Below, piece after piece: positions 25,218-37,514 of a stretch of 64,000 nt of DNA (position 1 is its first letter; each line of letters begins with the position of its first letter). This stretch comes from Octopus bimaculoides. Its lineage: Eukaryota. The translations under genes were made by a program, and so were the position numbers. Under the pieces are notes generated by a model. That model saw nothing but the letters and a program-made list of their open reading frames with translations. It had not been told where the DNA came from and did no database searches. Location of the stretch: the NCBI RefSeq assembly GCF_001194135.2, contig NC_068997.1, positions 14,081,481-14,145,480 on the forward strand, read 5' to 3'.

Positions 25218-25998
25218 NNNNNNNNNNNNNNNNNNNNNNNNNNNNNNNNNNNNNNNNNNNNNNNNNNNNNNNNNNNNNNNNNNNNNNNNNNNNNNNNNNN
25301 NNNNNNNNNNNNNNNNNNNNNNNNNNNNNNNNNNNNNNNNNNNNNNNNNNNNNNNNNNNNNNNNNNNNNNNNNNNNNNNNNNNNNNNNNNNNNNNNNNNN
25401 NNNNNNNNNNNNNNNNNNNNNNNNNNNNNNNNNNNNNNNNNNNNNNNNNNNNNNNNNNNNNNNNNNNNNNNNNNNNNNNNNNNNNNNNNNNNNNNNNNNN
25501 NNNNNNNNNNNNNNNNNNNNNNNNNNNNNNNNNNNNNNNNNNNNNNNNNNNNNNNNNNNNNNNNNNNNNNNNNNNNNNNNNNNNNNNNNNNNNNNNNNNN
25601 NNNNNNNNNNNNNNNNNNNNNNNNNNNNNNNNNNNNNNNNNNNNNNNNNNNNNNNNNNNNNNNNNNNNNNNNNNNNNNNNNNNNNNNNNNNNNNNNNNNN
25701 NNNNNNNNNNNNNNNNNNNNNNNNNNNNNNNNNNNNNNNNNNNNNNNNNNNNNNNNNNNNNNNNNNNNNNNNNNNNNNNNNNNNNNNNNNNNNNNNNNNN
25801 NNNNNNNNNNNNNNNNNNNNNNNNNNNNNNNNNNNNNNNNNNNNNNNNNNNNNNNNNNNNNNNNNNNNNNNNNNNNNNNNNNNNNNNNNNNNNNNNNNNN
25901 NNNNNNNNNNNNNNNNNNNNNNNNNNNNNNNNNNNNNNNNNNNNNNNNNNNNNNNNNNNNNNNNNNNNNNNNNNNNNNNNNNNNNNATATATATACAC

Positions 25999-26049
<51 letters not shown>

Positions 26050-26205
26050 TATATATACATATATATCTATATTTATTTAAGGATATAAAAATCTCACATA
26101 GGTACACAAATATGCACATCACTATGTATGTGCATATATATATATATAGATAGATAAAATATATACCTGCACATTCATACATACGTATAAGTGAATGTGT
26201 AGGGA

Positions 26206-26239
<34 letters not shown>

Positions 26240-27110
26240 GACACTTGCATGAAAAAACTTATATGAAACATGTTTCCGTATGTGCATATGCACATTTCCT
26301 TATTAACGTCTAGACTCAGACACCAATATGCCATGCTCTATTACATACAAATTAAAACTGGCATGGAAATTACAGCCAGAGAAGTAAAATAAAGTTTAAG
26401 AACAGAAAAGACAAAATTCATAATTTAAATAAAATAACACAAAACACAAATATTGAAAACAAAATTTTAAAAATTCAAAATAAATCCTCATCATCATCAT
26501 CAACATCATTATCATTATTGTTATTATTATTATTTGTGCCACTAGTGATAATAATAATATTGAATAACTAATATACCTACAGCTTCTGTAAGTACTACTG
26601 CTAATTCAACAATAATAAATGACATGCTATATAAAGTTTAAAATATAAAAAAAACAACAGTAATAATTATCATCGTCATCATCATTATCGTCATGTTCAT
26701 TATTGGCTGCATCAGCACCATTACTAGCACTGGAATTATTGTAATTATTATTAGCTGATGCAAACTCCCCCAAGAGAAATAATGGGAAAAAGTATGCAAA
26801 AGATTATATGAGATGGGTGTGGTTATGAAAAAGGATGACCAACCTGCCCCCCACAGCCATAGAAACACAAATAAAATATTGTTTTAAAAGAATATTAAAA
26901 ATGCACTGAATTATTAGAGAGAGAATTTTATCCTTTTTTGTTTGTTTGTTTGTTTGTTGGGGGACGGGGTGGGGTTAAAAATACAAAAAAATATTTAATC
27001 CCAAATAAATATGAATAAATTGCAATTAAACAAAAATGGCAAAATAATAAATATACAACTGTATGTANNNNNNNNNNNNNNNNNNNNNNNNNNNNNNNNN
27101 NNNNNNNNNN

Positions 27111-27141
<31 letters not shown>

Positions 27142-27198
27142 ATGCAATATGCATACTGTAATCATACATATACACATACATATATATATATATTATAT

Positions 27199-27236
<38 letters not shown>

Positions 27237-28229
27237 GAGATATATACCTATTCAATATGTATATATTTTATAGATAAAAATACATAAATGATATACAAGC
27301 AGCAACAAGATTCCTACTTCCCTTCTTTTCCTCCTCCTTCCTCATATAATAAGCTAGATATCTGTTATTAATGAGAAAATAATAACGATATTGTTCTAGT
27401 GGGATAGCATCTCTCCACCTACCACCTGCACTCCCCTAGCATTTACCCTTTCTATAATTATGATTCACTTTGCTGTCATATTGTCTGTAGTTTACCACCA
27501 TCTCCACCACTTTGGCAACAAATAATTAGTGTGACCACCACCACCACCAACAACAACACCATCCCCACAATATTCTCCAACGTTTCTTTACTGGCCAACA
27601 TATGCAATGCCACTAACCACCATCAGCAACATCACCTATAACAGCACCACCACCACTGGCATAAACAACAGTATTTCTATCCCCTACTTCAACAACACCC
27701 TCTGCTATAACCAAACTCCCTTAGTCACTAGGGTTTTTTTTGTCTGTTCTAAAAGAAGGAAATAATGAGAATAATTGTATTAATTATGATTTTGTGATTG
27801 ATTACAACCATAATTCCTAAAACGAATTTTTGGGATGGTGGGATGGCATATCTCTTTTAGAAGGTGGAGCAGGCACTGGGAATAGCATGCTTCTGTATAA
27901 TTAAAATAGCTGTTAGTATCCATCTGTCCCTTGCCTACAGAGTATTCCATTGGAGGGTCATGTTCCAGCCCAGCAAGATAATGAAAGGATTAAGCAATTA
28001 CAAAACCTATCTCTCCTGCAACCAACAATGGAGAGCTTATACTTTCCCATGGTACCTATTTTAATGACCTTTCACCTGAGCCAGCAAGAGCTTTATTGTC
28101 AGTCATAATAGTAGTAGTAGTAGTAGTAATAGTAGTAATAATGGTAGTGGTGCTGCTAGAAAACTACACAACCATCTGCTACTATTCAATGAAAGAGCAT
28201 CTCTGCTATCATTTGGTAATAAGAAATAT

Positions 28230-28327
28230 TAACTAAATCTACGCTATTCACATTATTTACATTTGAAGGATATTTGTCCTCATCATGTTTGTTGTTAACA
28301 TGTTTTGGCTGATATACCCTCCAGCCA
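28230..28327 (-). mobile_element. Decayed, truncated copy of the HHR-bearing element at 51755-52157
   Basis: Minus strand ggctggagggtatatcagccaaaacatgttaacaacaaacatgatgaggacaaatatcc...atgtaaataatgt; stem II retained, CUGAUGA truncated, GAAA changed to AAAA. Confidence 0.75.
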
Positions 28328-28560
28328 TCGTCATCATCATAATTGTTATCATTGTCGTCATCATCATCATCATCATTATCCTTTAACATTCGTTTTTCCA
28401 TGCTGGCATGGGTTGAACACTCTTAACCAGAGCTGGCTTGCAGGAGACAAACACCAGGTTCCAGTCTGACTTGATTTGGTTTCTATGACCGGATGCCCTT
28501 CCTAATGCCAACAACCACTTTACCATGTGTGCTGAGTTCTCTTAATGTGGCACTGGCACT
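28328..28560 (-). mobile_element. Family A RTE-type 3' end
   Basis: (cat)n tail, ttccatgctggcatgggttg, ggatgcccttcctaatgccaac. Confidence 0.75.
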
Positions 28561-28814
28561 TCTCACTTGCTTGCAATCTCCCATGAGACTTGTCTGGCTA
28601 CTAAGCTGCTCATATTTGAAGAGCCATTCTCCAGCTCTGTGAAAGTCACTTGGAAACAGATGAGGGTTGGTGACTGGAAGAGCATCCAGCAACAGGATAT
28701 CAACTTTAATGAATTTGAATTTGACTGAGAAATGCAAGCATAGACATGAAGATCTTTAAAATCTGCTAAGACAGTGATCACGTGGAGGATACTTGAGTAT
28801 TGATATCTCTGTCG

Positions 28815-29025
28815 GATAAGCAACAGCAATCTATGTCCTTTGTTCTGTTCAGTTGTGTTCTGCATCAGGAAGATCTGCTCATCACAGGACCTGCTATTAC
28901 AAAAATTCGCCTTCTCCTCTTTCAATGCAGCATCAATCTCCATCTTTAATCTATTCAGGAGGACACTGCAAAGAACTTTACCAAACATGGATAACAGAAT
29001 AATGCCACATGAGTTGTTGCATTCA
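28815..29025 (-). pseudogene. RTE-clade reverse transcriptase fragment (N-terminal RT motifs)
   Basis: CNNSCGIILLSMFGKVLCSVLLNRLKMEIDAALKEEKANFCNSRSCDEQIFLMQNTTEQ corresponds to the RTE pattern RGI.LLS..GK....LL.R....D..L..EQAGFR..RSC.DQIF. Confidence 0.85.
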
Positions 29026-29084
29026 TAATATATGTATGTGCATGTAATGTGTGTGTGTATGTGTATATATATATATATATATAT

Positions 29085-29242
29085 GTGGGAGAATATACGA
29101 AAAAACAACAACAGACGAGGACAGGTGGTGTAAATAACAAAAGGATGTATTAGTATGACGCTCGGGAATACGGAAAGTCTTTGACGTTTCGAGCTACGCT
29201 CTTCAACAGAAAGAATACGGAGACAAGGAGAAAAACACGGAG
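29085..29242 (-). mobile_element. Short HHR-bearing repeat fragment (Penelope/retrozyme-like), cut by an assembly gap
   Basis: CpG-rich, non-decayed segment carrying the HHR at 29178-29214. Confidence 0.5.
29178..29214 (-). ncRNA. Minimal type I hammerhead ribozyme with A6U core variant
   Basis: UCUUU CUGUUGA A GAGC gua GCUC GAAA C GUC^ AAAGA: 5-bp stem I, 4-bp stem II, GUC triplet, ACGU palindrome in place of stem III. Confidence 0.7.
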
Positions 29243-29922
29243 NNNNNNNNNNNNNNNNNNNNNNNNNNNNNNNNNNNNNNNNNNNNNNNNNNNNNNNNNN
29301 NNNNNNNNNNNNNNNNNNNNNNNNNNNNNNNNNNNNNNNNNNNNNNNNNNNNNNNNNNNNNNNNNNNNNNNNNNNNNNNNNNNNNNNNNNNNNNNNNNNN
29401 NNNNNNNNNNNNNNNNNNNNNNNNNNNNNNNNNNNNNNNNNNNNNNNNNNNNNNNNNNNNNNNNNNNNNNNNNNNNNNNNNNNNNNNNNNNNNNNNNNNN
29501 NNNNNNNNNNNNNNNNNNNNNNNNNNNNNNNNNNNNNNNNNNNNNNNNNNNNNNNNNNNNNNNNNNNNNNNNNNNNNNNNNNNNNNNNNNNNNNNNNNNN
29601 NNNNNNNNNNNNNNNNNNNNNNNNNNNNNNNNNNNNNNNNNNNNNNNNNNNNNNNNNNNNNNNNNNNNNNNNNNNNNNNNNNNNNNNNNNNNNNNNNNNN
29701 NNNNNNNNNNNNNNNNNNNNNNNNNNNNNNNNNNNNNNNNNNNNNNNNNNNNNNNNNNNNNNNNNNNNNNNNNNNNNNNNNNNNNNNNNNNNNNNNNNNN
29801 NNNNNNNNNNNNNNNNNNNNNNNNNNNNNNNNNNNNNNNNNNNNNNNNNNNNNNNNNNNNNNNNNNNNNNNNNNNNNNNNNNNNNNNNNNNNNNNNNNNN
29901 NNNNNNNNNNNNNNNNNNNNNN

Positions 29923-30287
29923 GAGAGAGGGGGAAGGTGGGTATGGGGGAAGAAAGAGAGGAAGAGAAAGAGAGAGTGAGAGAGAAGAGAGTTAGAGAGA
30001 GGGAAGAGGGGCATGGGGGGGAGAAAGAGAGGAAGAGAAAGAGAGTGAGAGAGAAGAGAGTGAGAGAGAAGAGAATGAGAGAGAGGGAAAGAGAGAAGCG
30101 AGTGAGAGAGTAAGAGAGTAGAGAGTAAGAGTGAGAGAGAGGGAAAGAGAGAAGAGAGTGAGAGAGTAAGGGTGAGAGAGTAAGAGAGTAAGAGTGTAGA
30201 GAGTAAGAGTGAGAGAGGGGGAGTACGAGAGAAGAGAGTGAGAGAGAGTAAGAGAGAGGAGAGAAAGAGTAGGGGTGAAGAGAAGTG
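29923..30287. repeat. Compound polypurine (GA-rich) tract with internal duplication
   Basis: Almost purely A/G on the + strand; the unit gggg..gaaagagaggaagagaaagagag(ag)tgagagagaagagagt is repeated. Confidence 0.9.
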
Positions 30288-30354
30288 ATATATATATAAT
30301 ATAAAATATATATATATATGTGTGCGTGTGTGTGTGTACATATATACACATGCA

Positions 30355-30393
<39 letters not shown>

Positions 30394-30466
30394 GTATGTA
30401 TATGTTGGTATGGCTATGGAATAGTATTATAACACATCCTTTTAATATATATATATATATATATAC

Positions 30467-30499
<33 letters not shown>

Positions 30500-30812
30500 G
30501 TGTAGGCTTCCTGTTGTATTTCTACTTGTAAATTGAATCATGTGGTAATTGTCAGCCTAGGGCTAAACTAGAAGATGCCATACCCAAGGTGCTGTACTGA
30601 GGGATTGAACCATGGTTTTGAAGCAATCTTCTGAACCACACGCCAATACTTGTGCCTGTGTCATGCTATACACATGCACATGTAGATGCATATTAATGTG
30701 CAATAGCAGACACACAGTGCATAGATACATGTAACTATATATTTAAGTTGAAGCATTCGTTCATTATTTCTGTATATTTCATTATATTAATAAATACATA
30801 CACACACATATG

Positions 30813-30844
<32 letters not shown>

Positions 30845-31734
30845 NNNNNNNNNNNNNNNNNNNNNNNNNNNNNNNNNNNNNNNNNNNNNNNNNNNNNNNN
30901 NNNNNNNNNNNNNNNNNNNNNNNNNNNNNNNNNNNNNNNNNNNNNNNNNNNNNNNNNNNNNNNNNNNNNNNNNNNNNNNNNNNNNNNNNNNNNNNNNNNN
31001 NNNNNNNNNNNNNNNNNNNNNNNNNNNNNNNNNNNNNNNNNNNNNNNNNNNNNNNNNNNNNNNNNNNNNNNNNNNNNNNNNNNNNNNNNNNNNNNNNNNN
31101 NNNNNNNNNNNNNNNNNNNNNNNNNNNNNNNNNNNNNNNNNNNNNNNNNNNNNNNNNNNNNNNNNNNNNNNNNNNNNNNNNNNNNNNNNNNNNNNNNNNN
31201 NNNNNNNNNNNNNNNNNNNNNNNNNNNNNNNNNNNNNNNNNNNNNNNNNNNNNNNNNNNNNNNNNNNNNNNNNNNNNNNNNNNNNNNNNNNNNNNNNNNN
31301 NNNNNNNNNNNNNNNNNNNNNNNNNNNNNNNNNNNNNNNNNNNNNNNNNNNNNNNNNNNNNNNNNNNNNNNNNNNNNNNNNNNNNNNNNNNNNNNNNNNN
31401 NNNNNNNNNNNNNNNNNNNNNNNNNNNNNNNNNNNNNNNNNNNNNNNNNNNNNNNNNNNNNNNNNNNNNNNNNNNNNNNNNNNNGTGAAAATAATGAAGT
31501 TTACTCCAAGTATGTATATGTGTATATAATAAACACACACATGCACACACTCACCACTCACACATCTGTGTATATATATGTATGTACTTGTGTGTGTGTG
31601 TGTGTGTGTGCATATATAAAATCAAAATTGATGCATATCCAACATAAAACAATATATATTTATTAGCTTTTCTGAACAAAGTCTTAACTCTTAAAAATCT
31701 GAAGGGACCTCCTTTAGCATTATTACGATTATTG

Positions 31735-31771
<37 letters not shown>

Positions 31772-32967
31772 CATTATTTTTACCATCATCGTCATCATCA
31801 TCACCCTCAACATAATAATGATGACGATGATGGTAATAGTAATAAGAATAATAATAATCACTATTATTATTATTATTATTATCAATATTGTAATTTACTG
31901 TTATTTTGATGAAATCTAAAAACAGGGCAAGGTTCAAATTAGGGTGTAGGAAAGATTTTAAGGAACAAGGTGGAGTATAAATGAGGTGAGATAGTTGTAA
32001 GGAGTGGTGTGTGTAGGGGACACAGATGGGCTGGTGGCCATCGAAAATAATATTTTGTTGTGAAATTAAATTGCTGGATGTTCATAATGTTTATTTAGTC
32101 TGAGATACAGGGGGAAGTTGGTGACGGAGAGTGACGTGTGTGTCTTTGTTGTTCTTGTCGATGTAGCTGGTGGTGTTCGTGGTGGTGGTGGTGGTGGTGG
32201 TGGTTGTGATGCTTGCGGTGATGGTTGTACAGTAGGTTGATGGTGGTGGCGATTGTAAATGTTGTTGTCATAGACATTGTGATGTATGCTCAATTCACAT
32301 TGCATCCAACTGATTCAAAATATGAAGAAAACTATGTGAAATATACATTTGTAATTTAAAGAAGAGATGGTCATGATAGGAACACATTTAATCAGGAACA
32401 GGGGCTGGTGTTGAGGCTGATATTGATGATAGGAGTCACCAGTGTTGGTAGTAGTTGTAATGATGATGATGACACCATCGCTACTGTGGGCAATGAAGTT
32501 AGTGATAATAACAATAGCAGTGGTGGTGGTCATCTGTAGTAAAGTTAATTTTGACAAATTGGTGATGTGGTTATGATGGAGGTGACATTAATGACAAATG
32601 TAGATGTATATCTAATGAAGAAGGTGGTGGTGGTGGTGGTGGTGAAAGACCCGCTTTTGGTCATGACTGTGAGTCTGATGCTCTAACCACTGAGCCAAGT
32701 GCCTTCACATATAAGGTATAAGTACACTGCTGTTGTTTAGACATGATTCAATAGATCTATGGTCAAAGACATTCCATTTGGGAAAAATCTCATCTTTTTT
32801 TGTACATCAAGGATTCCTTCTTTCAGAGAATTGAATGATATTTTTGGGAGATTTGACTGCTATCTCAAAGATCAAGTGACCATATATAGAGTCAAGTGTT
32901 CATGAATTGAGATCCTTCGTGAATTTCAGTTGCCAGTGGCTTGGAGGTGATGCAGTAGTGTTTGAGT

Positions 32968-33350
32968 GGAGGTGCAATGGGCCAGTGGTTAGGGCAGTGG
33001 ACTCGTGGTTGTAGGATCGCAATTTCGATTCCTAGACCGGGAGTTGTGAGTGTTTATTGAGCGCAAACATCTGAAACCCCACGAGCTCCAGCAGGGGGTG
33101 GTGACGATCCCTGCTGTACTCTTTCACCACAACTTTCTCTCTCACTCTTTCTTTCTGTTTCTGTTGTACCTGTATTTCAAAGGGCCAGCCCTGTCACACT
33201 CTCTGTCACGCTGAATCTCCCTGAGAACTACACGTTAAGTGTACATGTGTCTGTGGAGTGCTCAGACACTTGCACACGTTAATTTCATGAGCAGGCTGTT
33301 CTGTTGCTTGGATCAACCAGAACCCTCGTCTTCATAATCGATGGAGTGCT
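32968..33350 (+). mobile_element. Family D tRNA-derived SINE, full length
   Basis: gtggaggtgcaatgggccagtggttagggcagtggactc...tttcgattcc (A and B boxes), body ...gtggagtgctcag.cacttgcac..gttaatttca.gagcaggctgtt...; inverted partner copy at 49265-49638. Confidence 0.85.
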
Positions 33351-34095
33351 ATGTATAGTAGAGTCAGAGAAGTTGATCTTTTGATGGTTTAGTGATGATG
33401 TAGAACTATCAATGAAGTTAAGCTTTTGATGGCTTAAAAATGATGAAGTGTTAGCGAAGTAGCGAATGAAAGTGGTGATATTAGGGATAATATTATATAT
33501 TGTTGGTGTGATTGTAATGATGGTGGTAGTGGAAGAAGAACAAAAACAAGAACAACAACAGCAACAACAGCAAATAATGGAACTTCTGTGGGTAGGGCAG
33601 GTGTAGTAAGTATTCCTGGAAAATTCAATTAACCCGTCAACTACTGCAATTTGCCCAAAGGTTCCTCTGATGGAAATATTTTGGAAATAATTGCTTTGAT
33701 TCCAAGGTTTCAAGCTGTTGTTTTCAGTCTTATTCTCTTACGATGTCTCTCTTTTTTAATGTTGAATTTTTTACTTATTGTTGTTCTTTTGTGGTAAGTA
33801 TTGCTGCTGTTATTATTATTGTTGTTTTTGTTGCTGTTGTTGTTGCTGTTTGTAATTCCAGTAAGCAAGCATTGCTCTTGTTATTAATGTAGCTGTTGAC
33901 AATTGTGATGATGCTGGGGTATGTTGTTGCTTTGGTTATTAACAGAATTGCTGTTGCTGCTGGTTTTCTTTAACCCCAGATTAATACTGATTATGCAGAC
34001 CTTTGATCCAAAGTGTTCCACCCATAGACATCTCACCCTTATTTTTTAGGAGTATTATCTAATTAGTACTGATGATGATAATGATGATGGTAGTG

Positions 34096-34266
34096 GTGGT
34101 AGTAGTAGTGGTGATGTCCGCAGAAGTTCGCCAATACCTTCTGCCGGAGCCGCATGGAGCTTAGGTGTTTCATTCATAAGCACACACATTACCTGACTGA
34201 GTTTTGAACCCACGTTCCTTTGATCATGAGTTCGCTGCTCTAACCACTAGACCATGTACCTCCACA
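34096..34266 (-). mobile_element. Family D-related SINE head
   Basis: ctgccggagccgcatggagcttaggtgttt...tgaaccc...gctgctctaaccactagaccat. Confidence 0.65.
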
Positions 34267-34524
34267 ATTAAATGAAGTGTTAAATGTTTATTGTATGCAA
34301 ATTAGTCACTCCAATTCTCTGCAGCTTTTGGATTTGCTGTGAATAGATATATATATATATATATACTGGCTGCTTGCTCCTCAGAGAATGGTCAAATGAT
34401 GTAGACACGTCTGATAAGAACCTGTTAAGGTTCAAAAATCGATTAATCTGTTTCTTTCTTATTTTCTTTCATTTTTTTTTCAATCTCTGGAGAAAGTTAA
34501 ATTTGCCATGCCTGAATTCTTGAA

Positions 34525-34708
34525 CAGTGCTCTGCAACTGATATACCATGGCACATTGGTGTGCCATGGGACGATGTTAGGTGTGCCACAGTGTTACCTG
34601 AATATAATTCTTTTCCTTATATTTTTAGTTATAGTTTTAGCTCAGGTGTGCAGCTGAATTTTAGAAAGAATATGTGTGCCGCAAGTGGGAAAAGGTTGTG
34701 GAGCACTG
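34525..34708. mobile_element. hAT (Charlie-type) MITE, 184 bp, with 8-bp target site duplication
   Basis: TIRs CAGTGCTCTGCAAC / GTTGTGGAGCACTG; flanks ttcttgaa (34517-34524) and ttctagaa (34709-34716), 7/8 identical and fitting the NTCTAGAN Charlie target. Confidence 0.85.
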
Positions 34709-34737
34709 TTCTAGAACAATGATGAAGAGAATGTACA

Positions 34738-35005
34738 ACATACATTCAAAAATTATCTGACTTGATTTTCTCCCACCAAAATTGATGCCACATGACCAAA
34801 ATCCTTCAGATGGGAGGTGACACCACCCTTTCTGCACATGCCATGGTCTATGTATAACAGCACAGAACTGAAGCATCTTACCAGCGTGAAAATTTTGACG
34901 CATGTGCAGGAAAGGCAGTGCCACCTTTCCCTCAAAGGATTTTGCCCATGTGGCATTAGTTTTGCCAAGAAAAATAAAAGTCAAATACATTTTGAATGCA
35001 CCTAA
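34738..35005. mobile_element. Mariner-like MITE with ~65-bp imperfect TIRs
   Basis: Left cattcaaaaattatctgactt...aaaattgatgccacatgaccaaaatcctt matches the reverse complement of right aaggattttgcccatgtggcattagttttg...agtcaaatacattttgaatgcacc. Confidence 0.7.
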
Positions 35006-35049
35006 TATATGTATGAGTCTGTTTATTGAAAATATATAGCATTTTCTTC

Positions 35050-35340
35050 ACCAGCTTTCTGATACAGTCCAGAATACTAAACTACAAACTGGCAATTCAT
35101 ATTTAAATTAAAATCATCTATCATAATTTCTTTTGTTAAATTATATTCCAAACATCATTTTAATAGATAATTAGTTATTTTACTAAATCTTTCGAAATTC
35201 ATAATTACTTTTCAGAATTAATCGAAACATATGGGCAGCACATTTTATAAGAAAATATGGTAATGAAACGACTCCTGGGATAATGTAGTGTTTATAATTA
35301 CAATAAGTCTGCTTGATCAAGTTTTACAACATATTCATCT
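35050..35340 (+). repeat. ~300-bp direct repeat, copy 1 (related to the piggyBac-like MITE at 9805)
   Basis: Shares cttttgttaaattatattccaaacatcattttaa.agataattagttattttactaa and downstream flank with 37036-37375. Confidence 0.8.
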
Positions 35341-35590
35341 AAACACAAATCAAATATACATAATTTTATTCATATGTGTATACATATATAAACACATGTA
35401 TGCACACACATATGTTGCATATAGATATATATATAAACATATATACATACATTCACATACATACATACATATATATATAAACGTATAGAGATATACATAC
35501 ATGCATATATATATGTATATATGTAAATAAATAAATAGACACACGCATTTATATACATGTTTGTTAATACATGTATATGTATTTATGTAT

Positions 35591-35657
<67 letters not shown>

Positions 35658-35663
<6 letters not shown>

Positions 35664-36400
35664 GTGATGAGTAAATTGTCGCCATTTTATATTTCTAATT
35701 TCGCTCTTATGCATTGATTTTGATTTTATCAACCACACAGTATAGTAGGGTCAGTTGGGCATCGTCTGTGAGAAAAACAGTACCATGATGCAATTCACTC
35801 TGCCAGAAATCTGGAAAAGCCATGCTGTACTGCTTGGTATTGATGCAGGAAGCGCCAATACAGACATTTCAGAGCGTTTGGGTGTCACTCTGAGGACTTG
35901 TACCGAGAGTGATAAAAATCGAACAACCAGTAAACATCATGGTATTTGGAGTGATTGCTAGTGCTAGTGATAGTGACATTATGCCTCCATGCAATTTTCC
36001 ACATGGGCTCACACTCATCAAGTGCCTGGATGAGGTAGTGCTGTCAAGAGGGTGGCTGCTGGAACACCCTATGGCTGGCAACAGGACACTGTACCATGTC
36101 ACACAATCAAGAGAACCCAATCATGGCTGTCAGACAATTTCTGTAACCACATCACCCCTAACATCTGGTGACCTAACTTCCCAGACTACAACCCCCTTGA
36201 TTATTATGTGTGGGGCACAGTTGAGCAAGAGACCAATAAAACTCCTTGTAACACCAAAGGTGAACTGAAGGCAAGGATTATGGCAGCATTCACCAACTTA
36301 AAGAAGGAGACTATCCAGAAGAGTTGCAGGAGATTCCGAAGTTGTCTGGAGACCATAGATGAAGCCAATGGCAATTTTATTGAATGAATTTGCTCTTTAG
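35658..36400 (+). pseudogene. Internally deleted Tc1/mariner transposon of the DD37D (maT/mori) type
   Basis: Left end ta-gggtgtgatgagtaaattgtcgcc and N-terminal HTH-like MMQF...DISERLGVTLRT (35785). Then PVNIMVFGVI...MPP..FPHGL and WQQD(36085)TVPCH...W*PNFPDYNPLD(36199)YYVWG...NGNFIE*(36387). There are 37 residues between the second and third catalytic D. Confidence 0.85.
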
Positions 36401-36410
36401 TATTTCAGGA

Positions 36411-36709
36411 TATGTTTGTGTGCCTATGTTTGTCTCCCCACCAACACTTCACAACCGATGTTGGTGTGTTTATGTCCCCATAACTTAGTTGTTTGGCAAA
36501 AGAGACTGATAGAATAAGTACTAGTCTTACAAAGACGAAGTCCTGGAGTCGATTTACATCAGGAAATGCAAAAAAAAAAATGATTGGAATCAATGATTTC
36601 TGAACTCTAACAAAGGATTAGCAAACATCACCACCACCATCACAATGACAACAACAACACCCACATGGCCGCAGTCAAACGACTGAAAGAAATAAAAGAA
36701 TAAAAGAAT
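36411..36709 (+). mobile_element. Family B SINE 3' half, interrupted by ~105 bp of foreign sequence
   Basis: ttggtgtgtttatgtcccc...aagtcctggagtcgattt[insert]catggccgcagtcaaacgactgaaa. Confidence 0.75.
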
Positions 36710-36769
36710 ATGTATGTATGTATGTATGTATGTGTGTATATATATGTATAAATAGCTAGACCTCGTGTA

Positions 36770-36950
36770 CTGATTGTACATGATGTCACTATACACTAAA
36801 AATGGTGTTGCTTGTGTGCAATCTTCTGTGAAAACATGTCCGGCTATTGGTCTGTTCATGTTTGAAGAAATTGGGGAAATACCATCTTGTTTGGAAACAA
36901 GCAATGGTTGGTGACAGGAAGAGCATTCATCTGTAGAAAAATTTCCACAG
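36770..36950 (+). mobile_element. Family A variant 3' fragment
   Basis: caatcttctgtgaaaacatgtccggc...ggggaaatac..cttgtttggaaaca..ggttggtgacaggaagagcat; partial inverted copy at ~40830-40875. Confidence 0.6.
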
Positions 36951-37035
36951 TGCAAACACTGAAATATAGGCATTAAAACAGGACTGATGATGATTAAAAT
37001 ACTGTGTGTACATCAAAATGGATTATTTTTTACCA

Positions 37036-37375
37036 TACCAGCCTTCCTGAAACATTCCAATATACTTAACTACAAAACTGCATATTTTAAAGTATTCGTA
37101 TTTAAATTAAAATCATCAATCATAGTTTCATGTAAAACTCTTTTGTTAAATTATATTCCAAACATCATTTTAACAGATAATTAGTTATTTTACTAAGTCT
37201 TTCCAAATTCGTAATTACTTCATGAAATTAATTGAAACATATGGATAGTGTATTGTATAAGAAACTATGGTAATGAAAGGATAATGTAGTGATTATAAAA
37301 TAGATGAAATTGTCATGGCTGGATAGAATGCTTTTACAACAAGTCTGCTTGATTGAGGCTTACAACGTACATCCT
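37036..37375 (+). repeat. ~300-bp direct repeat, copy 2
   Basis: Shares cttttgttaaattatattccaaacatcattttaa.agataattagttattttactaa and downstream flank with 35050-35340. Confidence 0.8.
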
Positions 37376-37514
37376 TATGCAAATTAGATATACACATGCT
37401 CACACATAAGCATCATTTTTTTGCATTTCCTGATATAATTTACATGCTGCAACACTTAACAGAAATATCATTAGATTCTTCTCTCACAAAGCTTTGGTTC
37501 ACCAATGGCTATTA

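Noticed and set aside
32968-33040. tRNA-like sequences at SINE heads (also 11321, 19318, 38636, 52090-52157)
   Set aside because: A and B boxes are present but acceptor and T stems do not pair, and each continues into a repeat body; they are SINE heads, not tRNA genes.
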